Part shown: in pieces, positions 48,642 through 58,613 of the stretch | Layout: each line of letters starts with the position of its first letter | Position numbering within the stretch: the stretch's first letter is position 1 | IMG/VR virus record: IMGVR_UViG_3300042453_004683 | Location: 30,134 to 94,133 of that record | Strand: one strand, 5' to 3' | DNA: 64,000 nucleotides | From: a virus | Made by a program: the position numbers and the translations under genes | The notes under the pieces: model-generated | Seen by the model: only the letters and a program-made list of their open reading frames with translations | What the model was told of the DNA's origin: nothing | The model's database searches: none

Positions 48642-51600
48642 CTACACGATCGAGCAGGCGCCGGAGGTGCAGGCGAACGTCTGTTGGCCCTCGGCGAAGC
48701 CGTTCTCGAACGACGCCATCCGCGACCAGTCCACCTCCGGCAGCGACGCCAGCCGGGCCTCGTACTCGGCCTCGGTGATCTCCTCCAGCGGGGCGCCGTA
48801 GTAGACGTGATCGTCGTACGGGAAGAACGACAGGCCGCCGATCTTGTCCAGGTGCTCGAACACCCACGCGCCCACCTCGTCCCACTCGTGCTCGCGGACG
48901 TTGACGGTCGCGGACTGGTTGTGGCCCTTGACCGCCAGCCAGGAGCGGTTGAGCAGGTCGATGCGCTCCAGCATCTGGATCGCCGTCTCGTCCTCGCGCG
49001 TGAAGGCCCCTTCCGGCGCTCGGACCGGGACCTCGAACGTCCACCCTCCCACGGCCTCCGGGGCCAAGGAACCGGCCTCCAGAGCCGCGGCGACACCCTC
49101 CCCGGTCGGGATGCACGGGACGCCCGCCGCGCGCAGGAGCGCGCACACCGGCGACCGCGCCGACACCTGGAAGCGTCGGATGTAGAACAGCGCGTGGTGC
49201 GCGTGGACGCCCGACGAACAGCCCAGGAACACGCTGCTGTTGCCGTCCGGCTTGCCGCAGGTGAGCCCGGCCGCCTCGTTGATCCCGAAGCGCGCCGCCC
49301 AGGTGAGGTTCGCGCGCTCGACGCAGGCGTTCATCAGCGTGAGCGTGGCCTCGTTCGTGCTGATGTGCAGCGCGTCCACCTGGCCGGCGAGGCCGACGCC
49401 GAGGAGCGCGTCGCGGCGGGTGACCTCCTCCCAGCCCTTGCGCACGCCCGGGAAGTTGGTGAGGCACGCCTGCATGGTGCCGATGAAGGCGGCGAGGTCG
49501 GCCTTCCGCAGCGCGGTGACACCGTTGTCGTGCGGCCGGAGGACGATGTTGCTGAGATTGCACTGGAACGTGAGCGTGTTGTTGAACACGCCCATGTGGC
49601 GCTCGCTCTCCTCGAAGCAGTATGTGTCATGCAGCCCGGGGAGCGCCTCGATCGACCGGATGGTCTGGTACTTCGACTTGAACTTCGGCGCGTGACCTCC
49701 GCTGGTGTCGAGGCGCTTGCACGGGATGTCGGCGCAGTCGGTGATGCAGATGTAGTAGAGGTTCCGCGAGCGGGTGCCGTAGTTCGTGACGGCGCCCTCC
49801 TCGGCGAACAGGCTGATCGACGAGCGGATGCCGCACCGGGTCAGAAGAAGCTGCACCTTCTTGGCGTGCTCCTCGCCGCTCAGGTAGAGCCGGACGCCGC
49901 CCTTGCCGTTCTTGCTGCCATCGGTGTCCAACCAGCCCGCGATGAAGGCCAGGATCGACTCGCGGCTCCAGGTGAACATGGCATCGAGCGCGCTCGCGTC
50001 AGCGCGGATCGCCGCCATCTCGGCAACTGGAACGGTGACGCAGCGAACGGTCTGCTTGTCAACGGCGTAGCCCGCAGGGCGGCGGCGCTTGTGGCGGACA
50101 CCCTCCAAGGGGATCTTGTCGATCTTCGCGCCCATCAGAGCGACGTGGACCGACTCTGAGGTGAAGTTCTTGCGCGCACGCCGCTGAATGTAGCCGTCAC
50201 CGATGGCGACTCCGAGATCGTAGGCGTACGGCACCGAGGTTCCGTCGGCGAGATCCATACGGAACTGAGGGGTGGCCCAGGTCTTGTCGCCGACGCTGGC
50301 CGCCAGTTCCGCCGTGGTCATCTCGCGCCACGCCTGCTTCGTGTTCCGCGTGTAGATGTTCGACACGAGGAAGCGATGCCCGCCCGTGCAGTCCAGGTGG
50401 GAGCCGTCCGAGAACTTGACACGGAACAGCGGCTGATCCGTCCCGGTCTGGAACGGCTGGACCTTCGCCCACTTCTCGCCGTTCCAGATGTGGACGGGCT
50501 TGCCGACGGCATCCTTGATCGTCGTCAGACCTTCACGGGTAATCAGCGGCGTGTCGCCGGCGACGCACAACTGGCCCCCGCCCGAGGAGTAGTCGCCGGT
50601 GCGAGACGCCATCTCCAGCGCGTCCAGCCACGCCAGCCAGATCTCCATGCACGGGTTCCCGCGCACGGGGACGCCGCGGTACAGCGCCCGCGTCGTGTTC
50701 ACGATGCCGCGCTCGCCCGCGCCGCTGGAGCGGAGGATCTCCCACTCGCGGCTGAAGTCCGTCCACGTCACCTCGTCGCCCGGCTCGATGACCCAGGAGT
50801 TGTTCGCCTGGTACCGCTGCTCGGGGATGGTGGTGCCGTTGGCCGCCGCCGACGGGTAGTGCTTGGCCCACCGCATGTCGTCGTCGTCGCGGTCGCTGAA
50901 CGAGATCATCGCCGACCGGCGGACGCCTCCGACCTGGACGATGCTGCCCGCGAGGCAGAGGAGGTCGTGGACCTCGACCGGCGCCAGCTTCCGCTTCTCG
51001 TAGCCGGCCGTGCGGATCGCCTCGCGGAGCGCCATCAGGTACTTGCGCAGCGGCTCCGGCCCGCTCGCCTCACCGCCCTTGGTCTTGAGCGGCGTCCCCT
51101 CGGCGCGGACGCGGCTGTAGTCGAAGTCCACGTCGCCGCCCATGAACCACGCCCGGACGCCGACGGCGGTCGCGCGCCGCCAGCCATCGGTGCTGTCCTC
51201 GATGACGTGCCGCGGGATCGCGCAGACCTGCGGGACCGCCGGCTGGGGCAGCTTGCTGACGAACTTCCGCTCGACGCTGAAGCCGAAGCCGGTGCCCTGC
51301 ATCAGCACGAACAGCGCCTCGGAGAAGATGGCGGGGCTGTCGGCGGGCGCGAAGGCACAGTTTCCGGTGACGAGGCCGGACGGCAGCACGAAGGAGTGGT
51401 CGTCCTCGACAACAAGGCACCACACGGGCTCCACGGCGTCCTCGACGATCTCCCGCGCGCGGAAGTTGCCGCTGGTGCCCGGGTAGAAGCCCTGGCTGAG
51501 GCCGAAGAACGACGTGGTGGGCCGCGTTCCGTAGTTGGTCGTCTGCCCGGTCAGGTCACGCTCCGCGGTGACGTAGCAGCCCACCGACGGGAACATCGAC

Positions 51601-52694
51601 CGGATGAACTCGATCCCGTCTTCGTTGCTGGACTGGATCGAAAGGAAGCGGCCCTCGCGCCCCTCCTTGTAGTTGACGGCGCCGTCGGCGTCCAAGTAAC
51701 CACGGATGAACGCGGTCAACTCGGCGATGTTCTCGGCGCCACCTTCGGGGAGGGTCTTGAGGTAGGATCCGAAGTAGAGGAGCGCATCACCGTTGAAGGA
51801 GGGCGGCGAGCAGTGACCGCACCCGAGCGCCTTGAAGCGGTCGAAGAAGCGCATCTTGTTGCCGCACAGGCGCACCGCGGACTGATGGTACTCCCCTCTG
51901 GAGTTCTTGAGCAGGGTGCCGTCGCCATACACGAAGCCCCGGGCCCACGCGATCTTCTCGTTCTCGGGTGCGGTAGCGTAGTCCCACCGGGAGACGATCT
52001 CGGGCGGAGGGAGGATGGCGTCGCCCACGCGGAGGTTCGTGGTGCGGCTGCCATCCGCCAGGAGCCACTGGTGATCGGCCGTCGCTCGCACGGTGACGGT
52101 TCCGCGGCCACGGGAGAAGCGGATCTTGTAGAGGCGCTGCTCGCCGAAGCAGCGGACGACGGCGGGCTTGTACGCTCCAGTGTGCGTCAGGACGCGCACC
52201 GTGTCACCGTCGTTGAAGTCGGCGAAGCTACGCACGCCCTGGTCGGTGATGAACTCCGTCTCAACCCCCAGACAGTTGTAGCTCGCCAGGTCGTTGACCT
52301 CCAGGACGTCGCCGGCGGCCCACAGGCCGCGCATCGACGGCATCACGTCGCGCAGGAACACGGCGCGGATGGCCTCGACCACCTTCTCGTCGAAGGCGTC
52401 GAGCATGATCAGCCGGGCGGACTTGTTGTCGTGCGCCCCGGCGATCTGCTGGTACATGCGGTGGCGCATGTACGCGCCCCACCGGATGACCGTCTCGCGC
52501 CAGGTCTCGCGGGCACCATCGCTCTTGATCCGGGCGTAGGTCCGCAGCCGGACCGCCTCGCTGGCGAGCCGAGCGCCCGGCGAGAGCGACGCGAGCGCGT
52601 CACCATCGGCGAGATCGGAGAGGGCGTTGGCGACGAACGCCTCGTGAGAGGCGCGGGAGTGGGCCCACTGGAGCCCGATCAGGTCGATGGTCAT
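48642..52694 (-). CDS. nrdJ: class II (B12-dependent) ribonucleotide reductase containing two inteins
   Basis: RTYAR, ETW.E, PSMR, GTGFG, ASGP, VRRSA, NPCMEI, KPDGN, C-terminal CxxxxC. Confidence 0.92.
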   Translation of the reverse strand: MTIDLIGLQWAHSRASHEAFVANALSDLADGDALASLSPGARLASEAVRLRTYARIKSDGARETWRETVIRWGAYMRHRMYQQIAGAHDNKSARLIMLDAFDEKVVEAIRAVFLRDVMPSMRGLWAAGDVLEVNDLASYNCLGVETEFITDQGVRSFADFNDGDTVRVLTHTGAYKPAVVRCFGEQRLYKIRFSRGRGTVTVRATADHQWLLADGSRTTNLRVGDAILPPPEIVSRWDYATAPENEKIAWARGFVYGDGTLLKNSRGEYHQSAVRLCGNKMRFFDRFKALGCGHCSPPSFNGDALLYFGSYLKTLPEGGAENIAELTAFIRGYLDADGAVNYKEGREGRFLSIQSSNEDGIEFIRSMFPSVGCYVTAERDLTGQTTNYGTRPTTSFFGLSQGFYPGTSGNFRAREIVEDAVEPVWCLVVEDDHSFVLPSGLVTGNCAFAPADSPAIFSEALFVLMQGTGFGFSVERKFVSKLPQPAVPQVCAIPRHVIEDSTDGWRRATAVGVRAWFMGGDVDFDYSRVRAEGTPLKTKGGEASGPEPLRKYLMALREAIRTAGYEKRKLAPVEVHDLLCLAGSIVQVGGVRRSAMISFSDRDDDDMRWAKHYPSAAANGTTIPEQRYQANNSWVIEPGDEVTWTDFSREWEILRSSGAGERGIVNTTRALYRGVPVRGNPCMEIWLAWLDALEMASRTGDYSSGGGQLCVAGDTPLITREGLTTIKDAVGKPVHIWNGEKWAKVQPFQTGTDQPLFRVKFSDGSHLDCTGGHRFLVSNIYTRNTKQAWREMTTAELAASVGDKTWATPQFRMDLADGTSVPYAYDLGVAIGDGYIQRRARKNFTSESVHVALMGAKIDKIPLEGVRHKRRRPAGYAVDKQTVRCVTVPVAEMAAIRADASALDAMFTWSRESILAFIAGWLDTDGSKNGKGGVRLYLSGEEHAKKVQLLLTRCGIRSSISLFAEEGAVTNYGTRSRNLYYICITDCADIPCKRLDTSGGHAPKFKSKYQTIRSIEALPGLHDTYCFEESERHMGVFNNTLTFQCNLSNIVLRPHDNGVTALRKADLAAFIGTMQACLTNFPGVRKGWEEVTRRDALLGVGLAGQVDALHISTNEATLTLMNACVERANLTWAARFGINEAAGLTCGKPDGNSSVFLGCSSGVHAHHALFYIRRFQVSARSPVCALLRAAGVPCIPTGEGVAAALEAGSLAPEAVGGWTFEVPVRAPEGAFTREDETAIQMLERIDLLNRSWLAVKGHNQSATVNVREHEWDEVGAWVFEHLDKIGGLSFFPYDDHVYYGAPLEEITEAEYEARLASLPEVDWSRMASFENGFAEGQQTFACTSGACSIV
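49563..50567 (-). mobile_element. intein 2 (335 aa) with LAGLIDADG endonuclease and C-terminal Gln
   Basis: CVAGDT start; LGVAIGDG and IAGWLDTDG; ends TLTFQ/C. Confidence 0.9.
51360..52274 (-). mobile_element. intein 1 (305 aa) with LAGLIDADG endonuclease
   Basis: CLGVET start; TADH block B; RGFVYGDG and IRGYLDADG; ends LVTGN/C. Confidence 0.9.
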
Positions 52695-52786
52695 GGTGCG
52701 CGGGGGTCCTTGCGGTTGGTGGGATCGTCGGCATGGCCGGCTGGCGGGCGTCGGACGGCGCCCGCTGGCTGCCGTCCCGCACACAC

Positions 52787-52984
52787 CTACAGGCCCTTGT
52801 GCTCTAACAGTCGGAGAGCGGCCTGCCAAGGCCGGAGGGCGCGGTGGAGATCGTCGGCCGCCAGCCGAAGGTCGGCGCGTCGGATGATCTCCGCATGGAG
52901 CTTCGCCTGCTCGGTCTGGAGCGTCGCCTCCTCGGACGGGTCCACCAGTCGGAGGGGTGATGCGGCGAGCGCAGGGCTACCCAT
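52787..52984 (-). CDS. small hypothetical protein
   Basis: GGAGG RBS; overlaps the upstream gene. Confidence 0.55.
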   Translation of the reverse strand: MGSPALAASPLRLVDPSEEATLQTEQAKLHAEIIRRADLRLAADDLHRALRPWQAALRLLEHKGL

Positions 52985-53297
52985 TGGTGCCTCCGACAGA
53001 GCGGATCCGGGCCAGGAGGTCCATGATCTTGTCGAGCGGCGGCTGCGACGCCAGGAGGGTGCGGACGTCGCCGCGCAGGTCGGACAGGGCACGCTCCGCC
53101 TCCCGGACGTACTCCTGAACCCGCTCGACGTCCGCCTCCACGCGCGTCAGCCGGTCGCGCAGCGCGGCCACGTCCTTGTCGTTGCCGCTGTTCTTCTGGT
53201 CCATCACCAGCTTGTAGATGAGCTGGAGGAGCATGGACATGACCGCCCCGCCGGCGAGGCCGGCTCCGGTGTCACTGAACACGGGGAAGCCCTCCAT
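52977..53297 (-). CDS. single-TM plus coiled-coil protein, holin-like
   Basis: N-terminal TM helix; lies in the lysis region; GAGGAGG RBS. Confidence 0.55.
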   Translation of the reverse strand: MEGFPVFSDTGAGLAGGAVMSMLLQLIYKLVMDQKNSGNDKDVAALRDRLTRVEADVERVQEYVREAERALSDLRGDVRTLLASQPPLDKIMDLLARIRSVGGTNG

Positions 53298-53312
53298 GCA
53301 CCACCTCCTCGG

Positions 53313-53567
53313 CTACTTCGCCAGCTTGCGGACGGGAGCCGCCGACCACATCCGGCAGGAGTGGTAGCGCGCCTTGTTCGGCGGGCCGGGATCGTCGCAG
53401 CCGTGCCGCGCCCGGAAGTTCTTGCGCCGTTCGGGATCGTCCCGCCGGATCTCCATGTCGGGGTCGCCGAACCGCACGGTGTACGGCTTGCCTTCGTAGT
53501 TGCCGGTCGCCACGAACTTCTTGCGGCCGTAGCCGGGCTCACCAGGACGGATGCGGCGGGTGGACAT
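53313..53567 (-). CDS. small basic conserved viral protein
   Basis: VRFGDPDM...DPERRKNFRARHGC...W motif. Confidence 0.75.
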   Translation of the reverse strand: MSTRRIRPGEPGYGRKKFVATGNYEGKPYTVRFGDPDMEIRRDDPERRKNFRARHGCDDPGPPNKARYHSCRMWSAAPVRKLAK

Positions 53568-53615
53568 CGAGGGCTCCTGGGGCGTGCGATCCACGTCGGT
53601 AGTAGTCTACTAATC

Positions 53616-53772
53616 GAGGATAGTGGATCAGTGGATTTCGGTTTCGCCGCTGCCTACGGCGTTCTCGTCAATCGTGGTGTTCGGCTGTCGGCGCGTTTGG
53701 CGCGTTGGAGCAAGCGGTTTCGGGCTGTTCGGAGGCGACCTGTCAACTTTCGCCGCGAACCACGGCGTTCTC
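53616..53772 (+). repeat. dispersed modular non-coding element, copy C
   Basis: Box 1 at 53616-53630, box 2 at 53642-53666 and 53741-53772, box 3 at 53697-53715. Confidence 0.85.
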
Positions 53773-53779
53773 GTCGTCG

Positions 53780-54364
53780 CTACCCGCAGGCTGCCACGAT
53801 GGCACGCGCCACGCGGCGGAGGGTGTCCTCCGTGTAGAGCCGCGCGCAGGCGGGGTTGCTGATGAAGCCCAGCTCGATCAGCCCGGCGTGAACCCCGGCC
53901 GGCGCGGTGAAGGTGGGCTCGACCAGGTTGGCGGCGTGGCTCCAGGTCGGGCGGGCGGCGGCCACGGGGCGGACGTCGCTCACGCTGGCGGACGCGAGGG
54001 CGAGGGACAGGCGCTCGGCGGTCTTGCGCCCGGCGGCAGACCGCGGGTCGTACATCGCCATCGAGTACGCGGCGGTCGAGGAGCCGGCGTTGACGTGGAG
54101 GTGGAGGACGATCCCCGCCTTCGTCGGACCTTCGGCGATCCAGGCTTGCGCGGCGTCGCGCCGCGCGGTATAGGTGTGGGGCCCGCCCTCGGGGCTGTCG
54201 AAGATCCGAGCCTCCACCGGGAACTGCTCGACGACGTAGCGAGCCAGCTCGCGCACGATGTCAGCCTCCCGGAGCCCGTGTCCGCCGGCGCCAGGGTCGA
54301 AGCGACCGGGCCCTCGCCAACCGTGGCCGGGGATGATAGCGATACGCTTGGACGGCGATGGCAT
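53780..54364 (-). CDS. N-acetylmuramoyl-L-alanine amidase (endolysin)
   Basis: IIPGHG, E, LHLHVNA, LIELGFISN. Confidence 0.9.
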   Translation of the reverse strand: MPSPSKRIAIIPGHGWRGPGRFDPGAGGHGLREADIVRELARYVVEQFPVEARIFDSPEGGPHTYTARRDAAQAWIAEGPTKAGIVLHLHVNAGSSTAAYSMAMYDPRSAAGRKTAERLSLALASASVSDVRPVAAARPTWSHAANLVEPTFTAPAGVHAGLIELGFISNPACARLYTEDTLRRVARAIVAACG

Positions 54365-54428
54365 GGCGTGGCCTCCCGTCCGACCATCCTAACACGCCGC
54401 GGGCCCTGACGCCCGCAGGAGGGACGTC

Positions 54429-54989
54429 ATGGCTGATGTGAAGCTGTCCGCGGCGCAGAAGCGCGCGCTGGAGAAGTTCACCCCGGGCGAGGTGCGGACG
54501 ACGGTGGGCCTCAACAGCAGTACGCTGGAGGCCCTGGAGACGCGGTGTCTGGTGGTCCGCGGGAAGGCGGCGCTTGACACGTCATGGTCGAACCGCGCCA
54601 AGCACATCCTCGTCGAAGCCGTCGCCATCACCGTCGCCGGCTACAAGGCACTCACTGGCGAGGCCGCATCGGCGGAGGTGATCGAGGCGTGCGAGAAGGC
54701 CGCGCTCCGGCTCTCCCTCGGGCTGAAGGCGGATCCTGCCCGTCTGCGGTCCGTGCGCCGCATCCTGAACAACGACATCACGGATGTCCGCGAGCGCGAG
54801 CGGCGGATCGCCGCCCTCCTCAAGCGGATCGCGGAGGAGGAAGCGCACCTCGCCTACGCGAAGCAGACGTGCGACGAAGCACTGGCGAAGTTCAACGAAG
54901 TCAAGAACGAGCGCACTGAGGCCGCCCGCCAGTACGAGGCGCTCACCGGGCTCACGCTGCTTGCCGGCCCCGGCGAGGACGAGCCGTAG
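54429..54989 (+). CDS. hypothetical protein (winged-helix-like plus coiled coil)
   Basis: AGGAGG RBS. Confidence 0.7.
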   Translation: MADVKLSAAQKRALEKFTPGEVRTTVGLNSSTLEALETRCLVVRGKAALDTSWSNRAKHILVEAVAITVAGYKALTGEAASAEVIEACEKAALRLSLGLKADPARLRSVRRILNNDITDVRERERRIAALLKRIAEEEAHLAYAKQTCDEALAKFNEVKNERTEAARQYEALTGLTLLAGPGEDEP

Positions 54990-54997
54990 CCCTCCGC

Positions 54998-55867
54998 CTA
55001 CCGCGCCGCGCGGAGGAGCCGGAGCAGACGCGCGGCGTGCTGGACGTTCTGGACGTAGAGCACCTTGGCGTCCTCCGACTCCGCGTCCGGGTTGATGATG
55101 ACGACGGCGGCACGCCCGTACTTCGCCTCGGCGAGGTTGAGGTCCCGCCCGTACGGGTCGAACCGTTTGTAGCTCCCGACCTGGAGGACGTGGACGAGGC
55201 TCGTGTCCGGTCGCTCGATCAGGGCGTAGCCGTGCTGGTGCGTGTGCCCGCACGCCAGCACGTCGGCCTTCCAGGCGCCGCGGACGGCTGCCTTCTGCGG
55301 TCCGTGGTTGACGTTCCACTCGCTCCGTCCCGGGAAGCTGTGCCGGACGTGCAGCCGCACCGGCGCCTTCCACCCGGGTCCGCTGATCTTGAGCCGCGCG
55401 TCCGAGTGACGGATCCGCTGGACGCCGGTGATCCGGCCGAGCAGCTCGACGATGGTGCCGCGGCGCCCCCAGGTGTCGTGGTTGCCGAGCACCCACAGCA
55501 GCCACTTGTCGCCGAGGGCCTTGCCGTACCACTCCAGGAGCCGCCAGCCTTCCGCGACGGTTCCCTCGTTGTCGGCGTAGAGGTCGGCGAGGCGGCCGAC
55601 CCAGTTGTCCGTCATGTCACCGAGCGACACGGCGAACATCCCCTCCGTCTCCGCGACGGTCGCCAGGTCGGCGCGCATGGCGGGCAGGTCGCACCCGTCG
55701 TTGTCGAGGTGCGGGTCGCCGCCGAAGTAGATGGCGATGGGCCCGCGGACGTTGAGGCTGATGACCTCGCCGTCCTCGGGCGGCTGCGCGGCGGCGCGGC
55801 GCTTGAAGGCGGCGGTGCGCCGCTCGACAAGCGCGTCGAGCGTCTCCTCGCTCGGGTCGTTGCTCAT
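54998..55867 (-). CDS. calcineurin-like metallophosphoesterase
   Basis: GDPH, GDMTDN, GNHD, RH, GHTH. Confidence 0.9.
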   Translation of the reverse strand: MSNDPSEETLDALVERRTAAFKRRAAAQPPEDGEVISLNVRGPIAIYFGGDPHLDNDGCDLPAMRADLATVAETEGMFAVSLGDMTDNWVGRLADLYADNEGTVAEGWRLLEWYGKALGDKWLLWVLGNHDTWGRRGTIVELLGRITGVQRIRHSDARLKISGPGWKAPVRLHVRHSFPGRSEWNVNHGPQKAAVRGAWKADVLACGHTHQHGYALIERPDTSLVHVLQVGSYKRFDPYGRDLNLAEAKYGRAAVVIINPDAESEDAKVLYVQNVQHAARLLRLLRAAR

Positions 55868-55905
55868 GGGTGCGTCTCCGATGTGGGTGTGCTTCTCTGG
55901 CGCGA

Positions 55906-56127
55906 CTACGGCGCTTGTCCCACGCCCGCTGCCTTGAGCGAGGCGACGATGGGCCTTGCGATTGCACGGCAGTCGGCCGCGCTTGGGGACGTCGCGCTGT
56001 TCTCGTCGAACACGTTGATGATGGCGTCCATCTCAGCGACAGTGAGGCGAACGGTGACGACGTAGACCTGCTGCCCGTCGATGGTCGCGCCGGTGCCGTG
56101 GTGGGTCGCGTCAAGGGTTGCGCTCAC
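55906..56127 (-). CDS. small tail-associated hypothetical protein
   Basis: GGAGG RBS; GTGA overlap with the fiber-like gene. Confidence 0.6.
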   Translation of the reverse strand: MSATLDATHHGTGATIDGQQVYVVTVRLTVAEMDAIINVFDENSATSPSAADCRAIARPIVASLKAAGVGQAP

Positions 56128-57509
56128 ACGGCCTCCAGACGAGAGACGCGCACGCGGGAGATGGTGCCCGCGCAGGTGTGCTTCACGCTGCAAAGCAGGT
56201 TGAAGTTCGAGCCGAAGATCTGCGACGAGGCGGCGGACTGGAGCGCGGAGCCCGGGTGTGACATGCTGGTCACGTCGGCGGGGTCGGAGAACGTGGTGGT
56301 GCCGGCGGTCACCTTGGCGCGCGCAAAGCGGCCGTTCATAATGCGCAGGTCCAGCACAAATGAGCTAAGGGTGGACCCGGCCGTGAACACAGACCCTGAC
56401 GTCGCATCGTAGTACCACGAGAGGTCCGCCGTGCCGGCGCTGGCGTGGTTGAGGAACAGCCCGACGAATCCGGCGCCCTGGATGGTCAGCGGCGACACCC
56501 CAATCAGCAGGTATCCCGACGTGGAGACCGCGAAGCCCGTGATGGCCACCTGCACAAGCACGTCGCCGGCGGCGAAGAAGGCGTCATCCGTCGAGAGCAG
56601 CGTGTCGAGGTTGATCGCGGCGTTGACGTTGCCGGTGCCGGCAACCCCCGTGGTCGTGAGCCCGTCGGCGGTCACCTGCACGTTGCCGCTGGTCGACCCG
56701 GACCGCGTGGTGGTCACCGTGGCGATGGTGGTCGCACCGCCGCCGGTCGTGATGTTGTTGGTGCCCGTGCTCCACGGCCCGGCGATGTCCGCTGCCGAGA
56801 GGTCGAGGTCGGCCTTCGTCACCCAGTCGTAGGCCCCGCCAGACGATGCCACCTGGACGCCGTGGACCGCCGTCGCCAGCGGGTTGTTGCTCGCGTCACG
56901 CGCCGTCAGCGTGTGGACGAACGCGGTGCCGTCCGCGGTTCCGCTGTAGCTGTACGCGCCGAGTCCCGTACCTGTCGCGGTCGTGGTTCCGCTGACGTTG
57001 GTGACGGCCGAAACGTAGTTGTCGATCAGCCCGTCCGGGTCGGTGAACGCGCTGAACGTCTTGTTTGCTGGCGTACCGCCGCTGGCGACGCTCTCCGAGG
57101 TGGCCGCCGGCGGGGTGACCGCCGACGGCGGCGACGGCATGATGTCGACGCCGTGTGCCGCGGTGGCGAGCGGGTTGTTGCTCGCGTCACGCGCGGTGAG
57201 GAGGTGGACGAACGCGGTGCCGGGGCCGGCGCCGCTGTAGGTGTAGGGGCCGAGGCCGCTACCGCTCGCGGTCGTGGTGCCGACGATGTTGAGGATCGAG
57301 GAGGCGTAGTTGTCGATCAGCCCCTCGGTGTCCGTGAACGCGCTGAACGTCTTGGCCGTCGGCGTGTCCGTGTCGGGCAGATCTTCCGACGTCGCCGCCG
57401 GCGGGGTGACCGTCCCGCCACCGCCACCGCCACTCGCCGGCGGGTCGAACGCCGACGCCGCCAGCGCGCCGAGGCGGGGGCGGATCGCGTACCAGCCCTG
57501 GTTGCTCAC
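56124..57509 (-). CDS. virion tail/fiber-like protein with two tandem Ig-like repeats
   Basis: T/S/G/A-rich; about 90-aa repeat duplicated at a 291-nt offset. Confidence 0.7.
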   Translation of the reverse strand: MSNQGWYAIRPRLGALAASAFDPPASGGGGGGTVTPPAATSEDLPDTDTPTAKTFSAFTDTEGLIDNYASSILNIVGTTTASGSGLGPYTYSGAGPGTAFVHLLTARDASNNPLATAAHGVDIMPSPPSAVTPPAATSESVASGGTPANKTFSAFTDPDGLIDNYVSAVTNVSGTTTATGTGLGAYSYSGTADGTAFVHTLTARDASNNPLATAVHGVQVASSGGAYDWVTKADLDLSAADIAGPWSTGTNNITTGGGATTIATVTTTRSGSTSGNVQVTADGLTTTGVAGTGNVNAAINLDTLLSTDDAFFAAGDVLVQVAITGFAVSTSGYLLIGVSPLTIQGAGFVGLFLNHASAGTADLSWYYDATSGSVFTAGSTLSSFVLDLRIMNGRFARAKVTAGTTTFSDPADVTSMSHPGSALQSAASSQIFGSNFNLLCSVKHTCAGTISRVRVSRLEAV

Positions 57510-57931
57510 GAGCCGCCCTTGCGGTTGTAGGTGAGGAAGGACTGGACGGTGGCCGTGCCAGCGTCGAGCTTGACATGCAGCCAGACGGCGGGCTCGTTGG
57601 CACCGAAGGCGCCGCTGCCGGCCACGACGAACGGGGCCTCCGCATCGATCGCACCGGCGAACCAGTTGCTGCTGTCCTTGTGGGCGCTCCAGACCGCGCC
57701 GGTCTGGACGGCCGTGATCGGGGCGCCGCCCGCTGCGTCGCTGGACAGGTACCAGGAGAAGGACACGGCGGTCACGATCGAGGTGAACTTGATGTGGACC
57801 TGCCCGAAGGTGGCGTGCGACGGCCTGTCGCCGAGCGTGAAGTCCGTGTACTGCACGGACTTCCAGGTGTTGTCGGCGGCCAGCGTGGAGGTCTTGGCCG
57901 AGTCAGGGACGTATTGCCAGGTCGGCGGCAT
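57506..57931 (-). CDS. probable virion structural protein
   Basis: GAGGAG RBS; beta-rich; coupled to the fiber-like gene. Confidence 0.65.
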   Translation of the reverse strand: MPPTWQYVPDSAKTSTLAADNTWKSVQYTDFTLGDRPSHATFGQVHIKFTSIVTAVSFSWYLSSDAAGGAPITAVQTGAVWSAHKDSSNWFAGAIDAEAPFVVAGSGAFGANEPAVWLHVKLDAGTATVQSFLTYNRKGGS

Positions 57932-58045
57932 GGGGCTACACTCCTCGCGTGCCCCAGCCTAACACGATCCGGCCCGCCTTGCCAGCGGGGCGGCTGATGG
58001 GTTACCGGAGCGGGTGCACAGCAACCCTCAAAGGAGCGCAACACC

Positions 58046-58609
58046 ATGAGCCTCGCCGCAAAGCTTCACGCCATCTACGTCGACAACATCACCGCCTTCG
58101 AGCGGGACTACCCGGAACTCGCCGGCGCCATCCGTCAGTTCGTGATGGACACCTTGGAGGGTTGCGCCAAGCACGCGCAGTCCGCGACCATCAACGTCAA
58201 TATCGCCGCGTCGACCGCGATCATGGCCGTCAACGGGCACAGTGGGATGACCGTCAGCGCGCGCCTGTACGTCCAGCACTTCTGCCGGAGCCTGGAGGGT
58301 GATGGTGTGTACGTGTACGAGCCCGGGCCCGTCGGCGGCGGTGAGACCATCACCATCGCGTGGCCGTACCGGGTCCCGCAGTCCGACACCAGCGGCGCCG
58401 CCCCGGAGGGCTCCACCGACGATCCGACCGGCCGCGGCGCCCGCGCCATCACGACGCTGGACGACATCGTGAACGACAACCTGGCCGAGTTCGATGCGGA
58501 CTTCCTCATCAAGCACGGCGGTCTTCCGGCGAACTGGCGCGACGACCCCGAGACGGAGGCGCGCCTCCTGGTTCGCGCCCTGATCAACTGCGACTGGCGC
58601 CCCCGCTGA
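58046..58609 (+). CDS. hypothetical protein (moron in the structural region)
   Basis: AAGGAG RBS; promoter at 57979-58008. Confidence 0.7.
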   Translation: MSLAAKLHAIYVDNITAFERDYPELAGAIRQFVMDTLEGCAKHAQSATINVNIAASTAIMAVNGHSGMTVSARLYVQHFCRSLEGDGVYVYEPGPVGGGETITIAWPYRVPQSDTSGAAPEGSTDDPTGRGARAITTLDDIVNDNLAEFDADFLIKHGGLPANWRDDPETEARLLVRALINCDWRPR

Positions 58610-58613
58610 CCGG

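Noticed and set aside
53741-53772. IS or transposon terminal inverted repeats (TGTCAAC...)
   Set aside because: No transposase in the window and no target-site duplications seen; not fully excluded without a database search
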